Positions 1-8,444 of a stretch of 32,000 nucleotides of DNA are shown here, in pieces. Every line of letters starts with the position of its first letter. The first letter of the stretch is position 1. The notes under the pieces were generated by a model. The model was not told the DNA's origin. It saw only the letters and a program-made list of their open reading frames with translations, and searched no databases. The stretch is from Candidatus Kuenenia stuttgartensis (GTDB lineage Bacteria > Planctomycetota > Brocadiia > Brocadiales > Brocadiaceae): positions 2,460,001 to 2,492,000 of the forward strand of contig NZ_LT934425.1 of NCBI RefSeq assembly GCF_900232105.1, read 5' to 3'. Both the position numbers and the translations under genes were made by a program.

Positions 1-149
1 AAAATGACAATGCTGAAGAACTTGCAGAAATCATTGAAACCAACCTTGCTAAAAGAGACAAATCTGAGATGGCTTTTCGTGAGATGTTTGAGGGGATCGA
101 AAGGTCATTTATGGAAAAGACTATAAAATTGGTAAAAGGAAGCCTTTGA
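1..149 (+). CDS. atpC: C-terminal part of F-type ATPase epsilon subunit (partial at the window edge)
   Basis: Open frame from the window start ...NDNAEELAEIIETNLAKRDKSEMAFREMFEGIERSFMEKTIKLVKGSL*, with the stop TGA at 147-149 overlapping the next ATG. Identity rests mainly on operon position. Confidence 0.6.
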   Translation, partial: NDNAEELAEIIETNLAKRDKSEMAFREMFEGIERSFMEKTIKLVKGSL

Positions 150-427
150 TGGAAGATAAAAAATTTTCAATGGATATAGAGAGATCTGCGAAAGAACTAC
201 TGAGTGCCCGAAAGGAGAAATCAAACTTCTGGCGCTATGCCAATGTTCTTGGCGTTGGTGGATGGACTTTCGTTATCCCGGTAGTTGGAGGGGCTTATCT
301 GGGAAGGTATCTGGACAAAAAAATACACGGGGAAGGCATTTCGTGGACAATAACACTTCTTATGATTGGCATAGCCGTTGGTGTTTATAATGTCTGGTAT
401 TTGTTCGTTAGGAAACATCGGCAATGA
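149..427 (+). CDS. atpQ: N-ATPase AtpQ / AtpI-like small membrane protein (F1F0 ATPase gene 1 family)
   Basis: 92 aa, two hydrophobic helices, GGAYLGRYLDKK...GISWTITLLMIGIAVGVYNVWYL typical of AtpI/gene-1 proteins. Lies immediately upstream of atpB. Confidence 0.75.
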   Translation: MEDKKFSMDIERSAKELLSARKEKSNFWRYANVLGVGGWTFVIPVVGGAYLGRYLDKKIHGEGISWTITLLMIGIAVGVYNVWYLFVRKHRQ

Positions 428-1089
428 AGGTATTTAATGTTTTTCCGGAAACAATTTTTTCAATTGGTCGTGTTCAGGTTACAGACACAGTTACTACCAC
501 ATGGTTTGTCATGGCGGCTATAATAACAATCTGCTATCTTTCTACAAGGAAACTCTCCATAAAGCCATCCTTTTTCCAGGAGGTGTTAGAGGCTATCTTT
601 GAGTTCATGGAAAAAACGATAAAAGATGTCCTGCCATTGAATCCGTGGCTGGTTGTTCCTATATTGGGTACCATTTGGATACTTATTGGTTTCTCCAATA
701 TGGCCGGTCTGATACCAGGATTGAAGACGCCTACCGCAGACCTCAATACAACCCTTGCGTTTGCGTTAATATCTTTTTCCATGACTCACGTTATTGGTAT
801 TGCAACACAAGGGTTTAAAGGATATCTTTTACACTATAAAGAACCAACATGGATATTGCTCCCGTTCCACCTTATAGCAGAGGTTACAAGAACGGTTGCG
901 CTTGCCGTAAGGCTTTTTGGGAATATGTTAAGCGGCGATATGATTGCCATAATACTTCTCGGTATCGTTGGGTTGCTGGTACCGATTCCGTTTAGCCTGC
1001 TCCACATAATTATTGGTATTATACAGGCATATATATTTGGTGTTTTAACGCTTGTATTTATAGCCGGTGGCATTAAAACAAAATCTTAA
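424..1089 (+). CDS. atpB: F-type ATPase subunit a
   Basis: AEVTRTVALAVRLFGNMLSGDM and IIGIIQAYIFGVLTLVFIAGGI signatures, including the conserved Arg of subunit a. ATGA overlap with the upstream gene. Confidence 0.95.
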   Translation: MKVFNVFPETIFSIGRVQVTDTVTTTWFVMAAIITICYLSTRKLSIKPSFFQEVLEAIFEFMEKTIKDVLPLNPWLVVPILGTIWILIGFSNMAGLIPGLKTPTADLNTTLAFALISFSMTHVIGIATQGFKGYLLHYKEPTWILLPFHLIAEVTRTVALAVRLFGNMLSGDMIAIILLGIVGLLVPIPFSLLHIIIGIIQAYIFGVLTLVFIAGGIKTKS

Positions 1090-1101
1090 TAGGAGGCTTA
1101 T

Positions 1102-1368
1102 ATGGACGCCAAAACCGTAGTTATTTCTGTTTCGATACTGGCAGCGGCCTTTGTAATGGCTATCGGTGGTTACGGGCCGGCAAAAGCGCTTGGAAATGCC
1201 CTTACCGAGGCCCTTGACGCCACAGCAAGACAGCCTGAGGCGTCCGACAAAATTATGAGGGTGCTTTTTGTCGGAATGGCGCTGATTGAATCCATTGCCA
1301 TATACGCATTTGTTATCGCTTTGATTGTCCTTTTTGCAAATCCTCTTATCGGGTATATTTTAAAATGA
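1102..1368 (+). CDS. atpE: F-type ATPase subunit c
   Basis: 88 aa hairpin, ARQPEA loop and GMALIESIAIYAFVIALIVLFANP with the carboxylate Glu. RBS aggaggct upstream. Confidence 0.95.
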   Translation: MDAKTVVISVSILAAAFVMAIGGYGPAKALGNALTEALDATARQPEASDKIMRVLFVGMALIESIAIYAFVIALIVLFANPLIGYILK

Positions 1369-2105
1369 AATTCAATATCTGGACACTTTTATTTCAGATA
1401 ATAAACTTTGTTGTTTTGCTCTATATCCTTAGAAGGATACTGTACAAGCCCATACGTGAAATTATTGAAAAACGAAGAGGGCTTATAGCAAAAACGGTAG
1501 AGGATGCCGAAAAGACAAAGAAAGAGGCGCTGGAACTTAAGGAAAAAAACCAGAAAGAATTGAACAAGGTAAAGGAACTTCAAAGCCAAATGCTCGAACA
1601 GACGAGGGAAGAAGCCCTTAAAGACAGGAGTAAGTTACTCGATGAGGCAAATAAAGAGGCTGCCAAGATAAACGAAAAAGAAAAGGCTTTGATTGATGCA
1701 GAAAAAATAAGGATAGAATTAGAACTGAAAAATAAGACCCTTGAGATGGTCTCTGTTTTCGCTTCAAATCTTTTAAAAGACATTTCAGACGAAGAGCTTC
1801 ATAGGTCTATATTTAGAAAGCTCTTGAAGGAGAACGGGAAAATTGTTTCTGATATTTCCAAAATAAAAGGAAAAGAGGAGATATTAAATATAGAACTCTT
1901 TACCGCATACCCATTACCTCTGGATGATGTAAAAACATTTAAAGAAACACTTGAATCACAGCTTGCAAAAAAAGTAAAAATGAATACGACCATTGATGAG
2001 ACTCTTATCGCAGGAGTAAGGATAAAGGTCTACGATATGATTTACGATTCCTCACTGGCAGGCCAGGTAAATGCACTTGCTTCACAGCTCAGAGAAACCA
2101 GGTAA
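1365..2105 (+). CDS. atpF: F-type ATPase subunit b with C-terminal delta-like domain (N-ATPase style fusion)
   Basis: 246 aa. N-terminal b-type TM helix plus long charged coiled coil. The C-terminus (ELFTAYPLPLDDVKTFKETLESQLAKKVKMNTTIDETLIAGVRIKVYDMIYDSSLAGQVNALASQL) matches the delta/OSCP pattern. Confidence 0.9.
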   Translation: MKFNIWTLLFQIINFVVLLYILRRILYKPIREIIEKRRGLIAKTVEDAEKTKKEALELKEKNQKELNKVKELQSQMLEQTREEALKDRSKLLDEANKEAAKINEKEKALIDAEKIRIELELKNKTLEMVSVFASNLLKDISDEELHRSIFRKLLKENGKIVSDISKIKGKEEILNIELFTAYPLPLDDVKTFKETLESQLAKKVKMNTTIDETLIAGVRIKVYDMIYDSSLAGQVNALASQLRETR

Positions 2106-3602
2106 ATGGAAAAAGAACTAACGGCTTTTTTTGAAAAAATAAGAGAAAAAGCCAAAACCAGCAGATTCTCTATTGGGTTCACTGAAGAGGGAAAGGTACT
2201 ATCTGTAGGGGATGGTATTGTACATATTGCCGGTTTGAGAGATGCAAAACTCTACGAACTTATACTGTTTGAAAGTGGCGATGAGGGGATATCATTTGAT
2301 CTCGGTGTTGATAGTATAGCAGTAGTGTTGCTTACCGGGCGCAATGGGATACGGGCCGGTGATACGGCGTACAAAACTGATAGGATTGCCTCGGTAAATG
2401 CAACTGAAGGGCTTCTGGGAAGGGTGCTGGGCGCCCTTGGAAATCCCATTGATAATGGGCCGGAATTGAAAGAATGTCTGTCCTGTCCGGTAGAACGGGA
2501 TGCCCCTTCTTTGCTGCAAAGAGACTTTATTACCGAACCTCTTTATACGGGTATTAAAGTTATTGACTCTATGCTTGCCATAGGTAAGGGACAACGAGAA
2601 TTGATTATCGGAGATCCCTCAACAGGGAAGTCATCCATTGCTATTGATACCGTCATCAATCAAAAAAACTCCCGTGTAATTTCTATTTATGTAGTCATTG
2701 GACAGAAAAAGTCTCACGTATTAAAAATCATTGAAGAAATAAAAAAATACGGTGATTTCTCGAGGACTATATTCGTAATTGCCGATGCTTCAAACTCTCT
2801 GGGTCTCCAATTTATTGCACCTTACAGCGCCACCGCCATAGCCGAGTATTTCCTCTACAAGGGTAAAGACGTCTTAATCGTTTACGACGATCTTACGAAA
2901 CATGCCGATGCGTATCGCTCGTTAAGCCTTTTATTAAAGAGACCTCCTGGTAGAGAGGCATATCCTGGAGATATATTTTTTATACACTCAAGACTCCTCG
3001 AAAGGTCTGCAAAACTGAATCAAAAGAACGGTGGAGGTTCCATCACCGCCCTTCCAATAGTGGAAACCCAGCAAGGCAGGATATCGTCATATATCCCCAC
3101 AAATCTTATCTCGATAACAGACGGGCAGATATATTTAGATACATTACTGTTTAACAAAGGTATTCGACCGGCGGTGGACGTCGGCAAATCGGTATCAAGA
3201 ATAGGGGGGAAGGCCCAGGTAGAAGCGATGAAAGCCGTAGCCGACAGGCTGAAAATAGACTATTCAAGATTCATTGAGGTGGAGGTATTTACGAAATTCG
3301 GGGCGCATTTAGAGGAAGAAACCGCAAAACTCATCAGACGCGGAGAACGGTTAAGGGAAATCCTTAAACAGCCGCAGTTCCATCCATTCACCCTTGAACA
3401 TGAAGTATTAAGCTTCATCATTATAGAATCTGGAATACTTGATAATGTAACAATTCCATCGGTAAGAAAAGTGTGTGATGAAATAATTAAAAAGATTACG
3501 CCTGCATTCCCGGAAATTATAAATCGTATTATTCAGGATGGATTGCTCGGGAAAACAGACTTAGGAACATTAAAAGATTTTATCGCAAAGGAAAAGGTAT
3601 AA
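2106..3602 (+). CDS. atpA: F-type ATPase subunit alpha
   Basis: 498 aa, P-loop variant GDPSTGKSS, HALIYDDL-type VLIVYDDLTKHADAYRSLSLLLKRPPGREAYPGDIFFIHSRLLERSAKL signature. Confidence 0.97.
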   Translation: MEKELTAFFEKIREKAKTSRFSIGFTEEGKVLSVGDGIVHIAGLRDAKLYELILFESGDEGISFDLGVDSIAVVLLTGRNGIRAGDTAYKTDRIASVNATEGLLGRVLGALGNPIDNGPELKECLSCPVERDAPSLLQRDFITEPLYTGIKVIDSMLAIGKGQRELIIGDPSTGKSSIAIDTVINQKNSRVISIYVVIGQKKSHVLKIIEEIKKYGDFSRTIFVIADASNSLGLQFIAPYSATAIAEYFLYKGKDVLIVYDDLTKHADAYRSLSLLLKRPPGREAYPGDIFFIHSRLLERSAKLNQKNGGGSITALPIVETQQGRISSYIPTNLISITDGQIYLDTLLFNKGIRPAVDVGKSVSRIGGKAQVEAMKAVADRLKIDYSRFIEVEVFTKFGAHLEEETAKLIRRGERLREILKQPQFHPFTLEHEVLSFIIIESGILDNVTIPSVRKVCDEIIKKITPAFPEIINRIIQDGLLGKTDLGTLKDFIAKEKV

Positions 3603-3604
3603 AT

Positions 3605-4444
3605 ATGCTTTCTTCCTTAGATATCGAAAAAAAGATACGGGCATCATATATCATTGGAGACATAGTCGGTGTTATGAAAGCATATGCCGGAGTCACAATG
3701 AGGAGAACAGAGGATCTTGTTCAGAATATAAGGGCATATGAAAAAAATATGCTTTTGGCAATGGCCGATATCATAACGCATTATCCTGGAATTTCATTGA
3801 AGGAACAAAGTAAAGGGAAAAAAATTCTCGTGGTCTTCGGTTCCTCGCAGGGGTTATGTGGTTCCTTTAATGAAAAAATGGTTGATGTCGTTTCTTCTGT
3901 AATTACCGGCAATGATATCCTGTTTGTTATAGGGAAGAGATTAAAATCGTCTTTTGAATTAAAACATGTACCTTATGAAGATTACAGCGATTCCGTAGCG
4001 AGCATTAACGGTATACGGCCAGCTTTAAAAGAGACTGTTTCGAAAATAATGAATATTTACAAAAAGGAGGAATACTATAAGCTTACCTTTGTCTTTACCT
4101 ATATTTTTGAAAAAAAGGCTGAAATTTCTGTGGAACAAATCCTCCCTCCTGATATTAATAAAGTAAACGCTTTAAGCCCAACCAGAATTCCACCGTTTAC
4201 CTACCTTAAACCAAAGATTATTTTTAATAAAATCTTAGAAGAATTTTTATTTATCAGTCTTTACCGATGTTATATGGAGTCGCTCAGAAGCGAGAACTGG
4301 TATCGGCTGAGAAGCATGGACGGCGCATCAGAAACTTTAAAAAGACAGCTCTCGAACCTTAATTCTGTTCAGATGTACACCAGACAGGAAGAAATTACGG
4401 AAGAGATGCTTGAGATACTGGGAAGCGGGATGTTCTATAAGTGA
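3605..4444 (+). CDS. atpG: F-type ATPase subunit gamma
   Basis: 279 aa. N-terminal coiled coil, FGSSQGLCGSFNEK motif and C-terminal MRSMDGASETLKRQLSNLN helix typical of gamma. Last gene of the operon. Confidence 0.9.
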   Translation: MLSSLDIEKKIRASYIIGDIVGVMKAYAGVTMRRTEDLVQNIRAYEKNMLLAMADIITHYPGISLKEQSKGKKILVVFGSSQGLCGSFNEKMVDVVSSVITGNDILFVIGKRLKSSFELKHVPYEDYSDSVASINGIRPALKETVSKIMNIYKKEEYYKLTFVFTYIFEKKAEISVEQILPPDINKVNALSPTRIPPFTYLKPKIIFNKILEEFLFISLYRCYMESLRSENWYRLRSMDGASETLKRQLSNLNSVQMYTRQEEITEEMLEILGSGMFYK

Positions 4445-4513
4445 TACGAAGAGAGTCTGTTGTAAAAACCATTTTATTTTTTGAAATAAATATTTATTCT
4501 GCTTTCTATCTGG

Positions 4514-4665
4514 TACATCGTTTCGTTAAAATGCGTACGTAAAAAAATGTCATTGCGATGAGTGGAGCGACTAAGCAATCTCTTGTTCCAAAAGGACTTA
4601 AGATTGCTTAGCTGTTGCTCACAATGACGGTATCAATGTAGATTTTTAATGAAACGCTATACTAG
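4514..4665. repeat. MITE-like palindromic repeat, copy A (about 152 bp)
   Basis: TACATCGTTTCGTTAAAATG...CATTGCGA...AAGCAATCT...AGATTGCTTAG...CAATG...TTTTTAATGAAACGCTATACTAG. Near-identical copy at 20158-20309, imperfect inverted ends (CGTTTCGTTAAAAT / AT..TTAATGAAACG). Confidence 0.85.
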
Positions 4666-4678
4666 CCAAGGAGGAACT

Positions 4679-5470
4679 ATGAACCACCCTGATAGACCAA
4701 TTGCTGCTGAACCCGCTTATCATAATCAAATATTTCTAGACAGCGACGACGGAAGGCCTCTTCGCATCCTGGCCGAGTACCTTGAACCTCTTTACCGGCT
4801 TCGGCGGGAAGGGATTCAGGACACAATTGTTTTTTTCGGATCTGCAAGAATGAAGGAAGACGGGGCGCTCGGACAGTACTACAAAGATGCTCGCCTGTTG
4901 GCGCAGCTTCTGACCGAATGGTCATGCGGCCTTTCCGGTTCAAGGCGATTTGTGATCTGTACCGGTGGAGGCGGCGGCATTATGGAAGCGGCAAATCGAG
5001 GCGCTGTGGATGCAGGTGGTAGCACTATCGGACTCAACATAGGTCTGCCTCACGAACAGCGCCCTAACCCTTACGTCACCCCATCGCTCTTATTTGAGTT
5101 TCACTACTTTTTCATGCGCAAACTATGGTTTACGCATTTGGCACGGGCACTCATTGTGTTTCCTGGGGGATTCGGGACGCTGGATGAGTTTATGGAGATG
5201 CTAACACTGGCTCAGACGCAAAAGCTTGACCGGGACATTCTCATTTTTCTCTACGGCTCGGAGTATTGGAAAGAAGTGATCAATTTCGATTCGCTCGTGA
5301 AGCATGGGATGATCGACAGGAAAGACTTAAATCTTATTCATCACGTAGACGATGTTCAAACAGCATTTGAACTGCTCAAAAATCGCCTGCCGAAAGAAAA
5401 AGAAGCGGTTTGCCCCGCGATCGCTAAGGCGAAGTTTTCAAAATGTCGAATTAAGGAGGATGCACGATGA
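4679..5470 (+). CDS. LOG family / TIGR00730-like Rossmann fold protein
   Basis: VICTGGGGGIMEAANRGAVDAGG and LIVFPGGFGTLDEFMEMLTLAQTQK motifs. Start placed at 4679 behind aaggaggaact; the track start at 4649 lies in the repeat. Confidence 0.88.
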   Translation: MNHPDRPIAAEPAYHNQIFLDSDDGRPLRILAEYLEPLYRLRREGIQDTIVFFGSARMKEDGALGQYYKDARLLAQLLTEWSCGLSGSRRFVICTGGGGGIMEAANRGAVDAGGSTIGLNIGLPHEQRPNPYVTPSLLFEFHYFFMRKLWFTHLARALIVFPGGFGTLDEFMEMLTLAQTQKLDRDILIFLYGSEYWKEVINFDSLVKHGMIDRKDLNLIHHVDDVQTAFELLKNRLPKEKEAVCPAIAKAKFSKCRIKEDAR

Positions 5471-6873
5471 TAGAACTGGAATTTATAGGCGCAGCGAAGA
5501 CCGTCACCGGATCTAAACATTTGATCCGCACATCACGCGCATCTGTATTGCTGGACTGCGGTTTGTTCCAAGGCCATCGCAAGGAGGCCGACGAGAAAAA
5601 CCGAAATTTCTCTATAGATGGTAAACAGCTCGATGCCATCGTATTATCCCATGCCCATATCGACCATTCGGGCGCTCTGCCATGCATTTTCAAAAATGGC
5701 TATCGAGGCCCTATCTACGCTACTCCAGCCACTCGGGATCTTTGCTCGCCCATGTTGATGGATACAGCATGGATCATGAAGGGTGATGCCGAACACATTC
5801 AAAAACTCATATCACGCGGCGCTAAGCATCTCGATCCCGTCGAACCTCTTTATGGCGAAAGAGATGTGGCCGGCACGCTGTCGCAGTTTATAGGAATTCC
5901 CTACCATAGAAAACAGACCATTGCCCCAGGCATTTCATTGTCATTTTTCGATGCAGGCCATGTATTGGGAAGCGCTATATCCGTTATCGATGTCGAAGAC
6001 GATGGTCAAAAAGTGCGTCTCGCTTTTACGGGTGACTTAGGCCGCAAGCATCTTCCCATTTTGCGGGACCCGGAAATTCCAGATGGGATTTCATGTCTCC
6101 TGACGGAAAGCACCTATGGAGACCGACTTCACGCTCCTATTGAATTGACGATTGAGGCACTGGCTGAAGTGATTAATCGCACCGGTAAAAAGGGCGGGAA
6201 AATTGTCATTCCATCCTTTGCTCTGGAACGTGCCCAGGAGATCATCTATGCACTCAAGAAACTCCATGACCAAAAGCGGATTCCTTCAATTCCGGTATAC
6301 ATTGATTCTCCTCTCACCGTGAAACTGACGGACGTCTTCAAACTGCACCCGGAGTGTTACGACACGGAGGCCTTCGCTCTACTTCATAGTGAGAATTCGC
6401 CCTTTGAATTTCCAGGTCTAAAGTATATTTCAAGTGTCGAAGACTCAAAGAAAATCTCTTCGTCTACCGAGCCCTCCATTGTAATTTCAGCAAGCGGTAT
6501 GTGCGAAGGTGGCAGAATCCTGCATCATCTTGCTGCCACGATCGGGGACGCCAGGAACACCGTTATTATCGTTGGATATCAGGCAGAACACACCTTAGGG
6601 AGAAGATTGGTGGAAAAGCGGCCTGAAGTTAAAATTTATGGAGTCATGCGCCGCCTCGAAGCCGAAGTGGTTGTTCTGAACGGTTTTTCCGGCCACGCAG
6701 ATCAGAATGGATTGCTTCGCTTCGCTGATGCCCTCCGAAGTAAAGGGCATCTGGAGAAGGTCATTCTTGTGCATGGAGAACCAAAATCTCAGGAGACTTT
6801 GAAAACGAAACTTAGTGACCATGGTTTCCAATCCGTTGATATCCCAGGGCCTGGAGACGTAATAAAACTATGA
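5467..6873 (+). CDS. MBL-fold, beta-CASP domain RNase/exonuclease-like hydrolase (Ysh1/CPSF-like, COG1236 type)
   Basis: HAHIDHSGALP, TFGD-type STYGDR, SGMCEGGRILHHL and GFSGHADQNGL motifs. Confidence 0.92.
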   Translation: MIELEFIGAAKTVTGSKHLIRTSRASVLLDCGLFQGHRKEADEKNRNFSIDGKQLDAIVLSHAHIDHSGALPCIFKNGYRGPIYATPATRDLCSPMLMDTAWIMKGDAEHIQKLISRGAKHLDPVEPLYGERDVAGTLSQFIGIPYHRKQTIAPGISLSFFDAGHVLGSAISVIDVEDDGQKVRLAFTGDLGRKHLPILRDPEIPDGISCLLTESTYGDRLHAPIELTIEALAEVINRTGKKGGKIVIPSFALERAQEIIYALKKLHDQKRIPSIPVYIDSPLTVKLTDVFKLHPECYDTEAFALLHSENSPFEFPGLKYISSVEDSKKISSSTEPSIVISASGMCEGGRILHHLAATIGDARNTVIIVGYQAEHTLGRRLVEKRPEVKIYGVMRRLEAEVVVLNGFSGHADQNGLLRFADALRSKGHLEKVILVHGEPKSQETLKTKLSDHGFQSVDIPGPGDVIKL

Positions 6874-6990
6874 TTATTGATTCGCAGATGCCCACTGAAG
6901 ATACAAAGCACTTTAAAGTAGAAGAACAATGCATTATGAAGTCGGAAGAAAAATATCTCCTCGCTGTGAATGGTGGCTCTTCCAGCATCA
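6870..6990 (+). pseudogene. ackA: 5' fragment of acetate kinase-like gene
   Basis: ATGA overlap with the preceding gene; encodes MIIDSQMPTEDTKHFKVEEQCIMKSEEKYLLAVNGGSSSIK (acetate kinase N-terminal N-x-G-S-S-S-x-K). Homology ends exactly where the duplicated segment begins. Confidence 0.7.
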
Positions 6991-7413
6991 AGTTATTCAT
7001 AAGTACCGCAATATAATAAGTTACACATATAATATCCATGTAACAGAGAGGGACGGAGTCCAGGCACTGTTTTTCTTTTTACCAAAACGAGTGATATTGA
7101 CATAGCTTACGGCGACAAGGAGTGTAAGGGACATTATCTTATAGAAGAAGAGATTCGGAAGCTTCCGATCATCGTATCGGCGTGAAGAATATTGTCTTTG
7201 ATGTAGAGAGTAAGATGTCATCCTGATTTTTAATAAATATTGCATGCTTGTCCGCTTGTCAGCCTGTTTTGACCTTTGACCGCTCACTGCCAACTGTCTA
7301 TTATCTAATCAACCATTTAACGTCTTAACGACTCAACCGTTCTAATGCAGACCTCTGACCTCTGACCTTTGCCAGTTTTCCGCCTTACTTTTTATAAATG
7401 GGGAATGTGCTAT

Positions 7414-7678
7414 ATGCCTATTAAATATGATATAGAAATACCAGAAAGAGTGATAAAAGCGCTTGGTTTGCGTGAAAGTGAAGTAAGTGAAACGCTAAAA
7501 AAAGAACTTTCAGTTTATTTTTTTTGAAAAAAAACTTTTAAGTTTTGGTCAGGCAAGACAATTTTCAGGGTTATCAGTATGGGACTTTCTGGAATTTTTA
7601 AGAGAAAGGAAAATCCCTTTGCATTATGATTTGGCTGAGTATGAGGAAGATTTAGAAACAATCAGGGAATTATCATAA
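7414..7678 (+). pseudogene. Frameshifted UPF0175 family antitoxin gene (copy A)
   Basis: Encodes MPIKYDIEIPERVIKALGLRESEVSETLKKELSVYFF then frameshifts. T-run is 8 nt here and 7 nt in the intact copy at 17248-17511. Confidence 0.85.
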
Positions 7679-7777
7679 TGCCTGTTGTTATCTCCAAAGG
7701 CTGTGTATAAGGAAGTTGTTGTAGAAGGAAGAGGAAAACAGGGAGCAAATGTAATAGCGGAGGCATGTAAAGAATGG
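7678..7777 (+). pseudogene. DUF3368/PIN-like toxin gene fragment (copy A)
   Basis: Starts ATGCCTGTTGTTATCTCCAA, then lacks the 80 bp corresponding to 17531-17610, and is cut off after AAAGAATGG. Confidence 0.8.
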
Positions 7778-7951
7778 TACACTTTACCCTTATAAAGAAA
7801 TAGAAGAACTTTCATAGGGCAAGATGCATCAACATACTATGAAACATTTATTTTCTAAACAAAAGGGTCGTTCCTGAATATTATTCATAAGATTCGACAA
7901 AAGGTTGTAAAGCAAGAATACGAGTTTACTATCCCCCATTTTTTTGAGGAA

Positions 7952-8149
7952 ATGGGGAATGACAACCTTATCTTTGCAGATATCGAAATGGCAATTGCTA
8001 ATGGTAAAATAAGACGTAAATTTACTAGAGACCCAAGAGGCACACGTTATGAAATTGTCTGTCCTGCAAAGGATGGGAGAGAAATAGCAGTTATCTGCAG
8101 GATTAAAAGCACAGGAAAGTTGTTATTGATTACAACGTACGCACTTTAG
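7952..8149 (+). CDS. DUF4258 domain protein, putative toxin (true start probably upstream, non-ATG or truncated)
   Basis: The in-frame sequence upstream (NIIHKIRQKVVKQEYEFTIPHFFEE) also fits the family; GRKIRRKFTRDPRGTRYEIVCPAKDGREIAVICRI-like core. Confidence 0.6.
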   Translation: MGNDNLIFADIEMAIANGKIRRKFTRDPRGTRYEIVCPAKDGREIAVICRIKSTGKLLLITTYAL

Positions 8150-8159
8150 AGGTGATAAC

Positions 8160-8444
8160 ATGAAGATAAAGAATAGGAAAAAGGAATATGATTATGGAGA
8201 ATGTGAAATTTGCAATACATCTATGGAAGAAAAATATATAAAACAAGATTTCTGGATTCGAGGTGAACTTATTGTTGTGGAAGATGTGCCGGCAGGTGTA
8301 TGTCCCCAATGCGGTGAAAAAGTAGTAAAAGCGGATGTAGGACGACGGATAACAAGATTATTAGAAAATACTGAACGGATTGCAAAAGCCCCCAAAATTT
8401 CCGTTCCTACTATTAAATTTGATAAAGAAAAAACAGAGGTTTAG
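8160..8444 (+). CDS. YgiT-type zinc finger protein (MqsA-like antitoxin N-domain)
   Basis: CEICN...VPAGVCPQCGEKVV two-CxxC zinc finger arrangement, directly downstream of the DUF4258 gene. Confidence 0.85.
   Translation: MKIKNRKKEYDYGECEICNTSMEEKYIKQDFWIRGELIVVEDVPAGVCPQCGEKVVKADVGRRITRLLENTERIAKAPKISVPTIKFDKEKTEV

Larger units (their letters stand above)
6989..7777 (+). repeat. Segmental duplication copy A (matches 16775-17690)
   Basis: Both begin CAAGTTATTCATAAGTACCGCAATATAATAAGTTACAC and run nearly colinearly to GGAGGCATGTAAAGAATGG. Copy A is shorter, with an internal deletion. Confidence 0.9.

Noticed and set aside
2630-2660. Atypical alpha-subunit P-loop GDPSTGKSS suggesting a non-functional ATPase
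   Set aside because: The Walker A core GxxxxGK[ST] is intact, so loss of nucleotide binding cannot be inferred.
221-4000. Reverse-strand ORFs of 60-100 aa inside the atp genes (e.g. 534-782, 1580-1783, 2292-2594)
   Set aside because: They lie opposite well-supported ATPase genes and have no recognisable motifs; they are antisense artefacts.
4649-4678. Upstream start codon for the LOG family gene (MKRYTSQGGT...)
   Set aside because: This part lies in the palindromic repeat; the ATG at 4679 has a strong aaggaggaact RBS and fits better.
7021-7293. 90-aa reverse ORF, repeated as 16779-17078
   Set aside because: Present twice only because the DNA segment is duplicated. It overlaps a toxin 3' tail on the opposite strand and has no protein-family features; a small real gene cannot be fully excluded.
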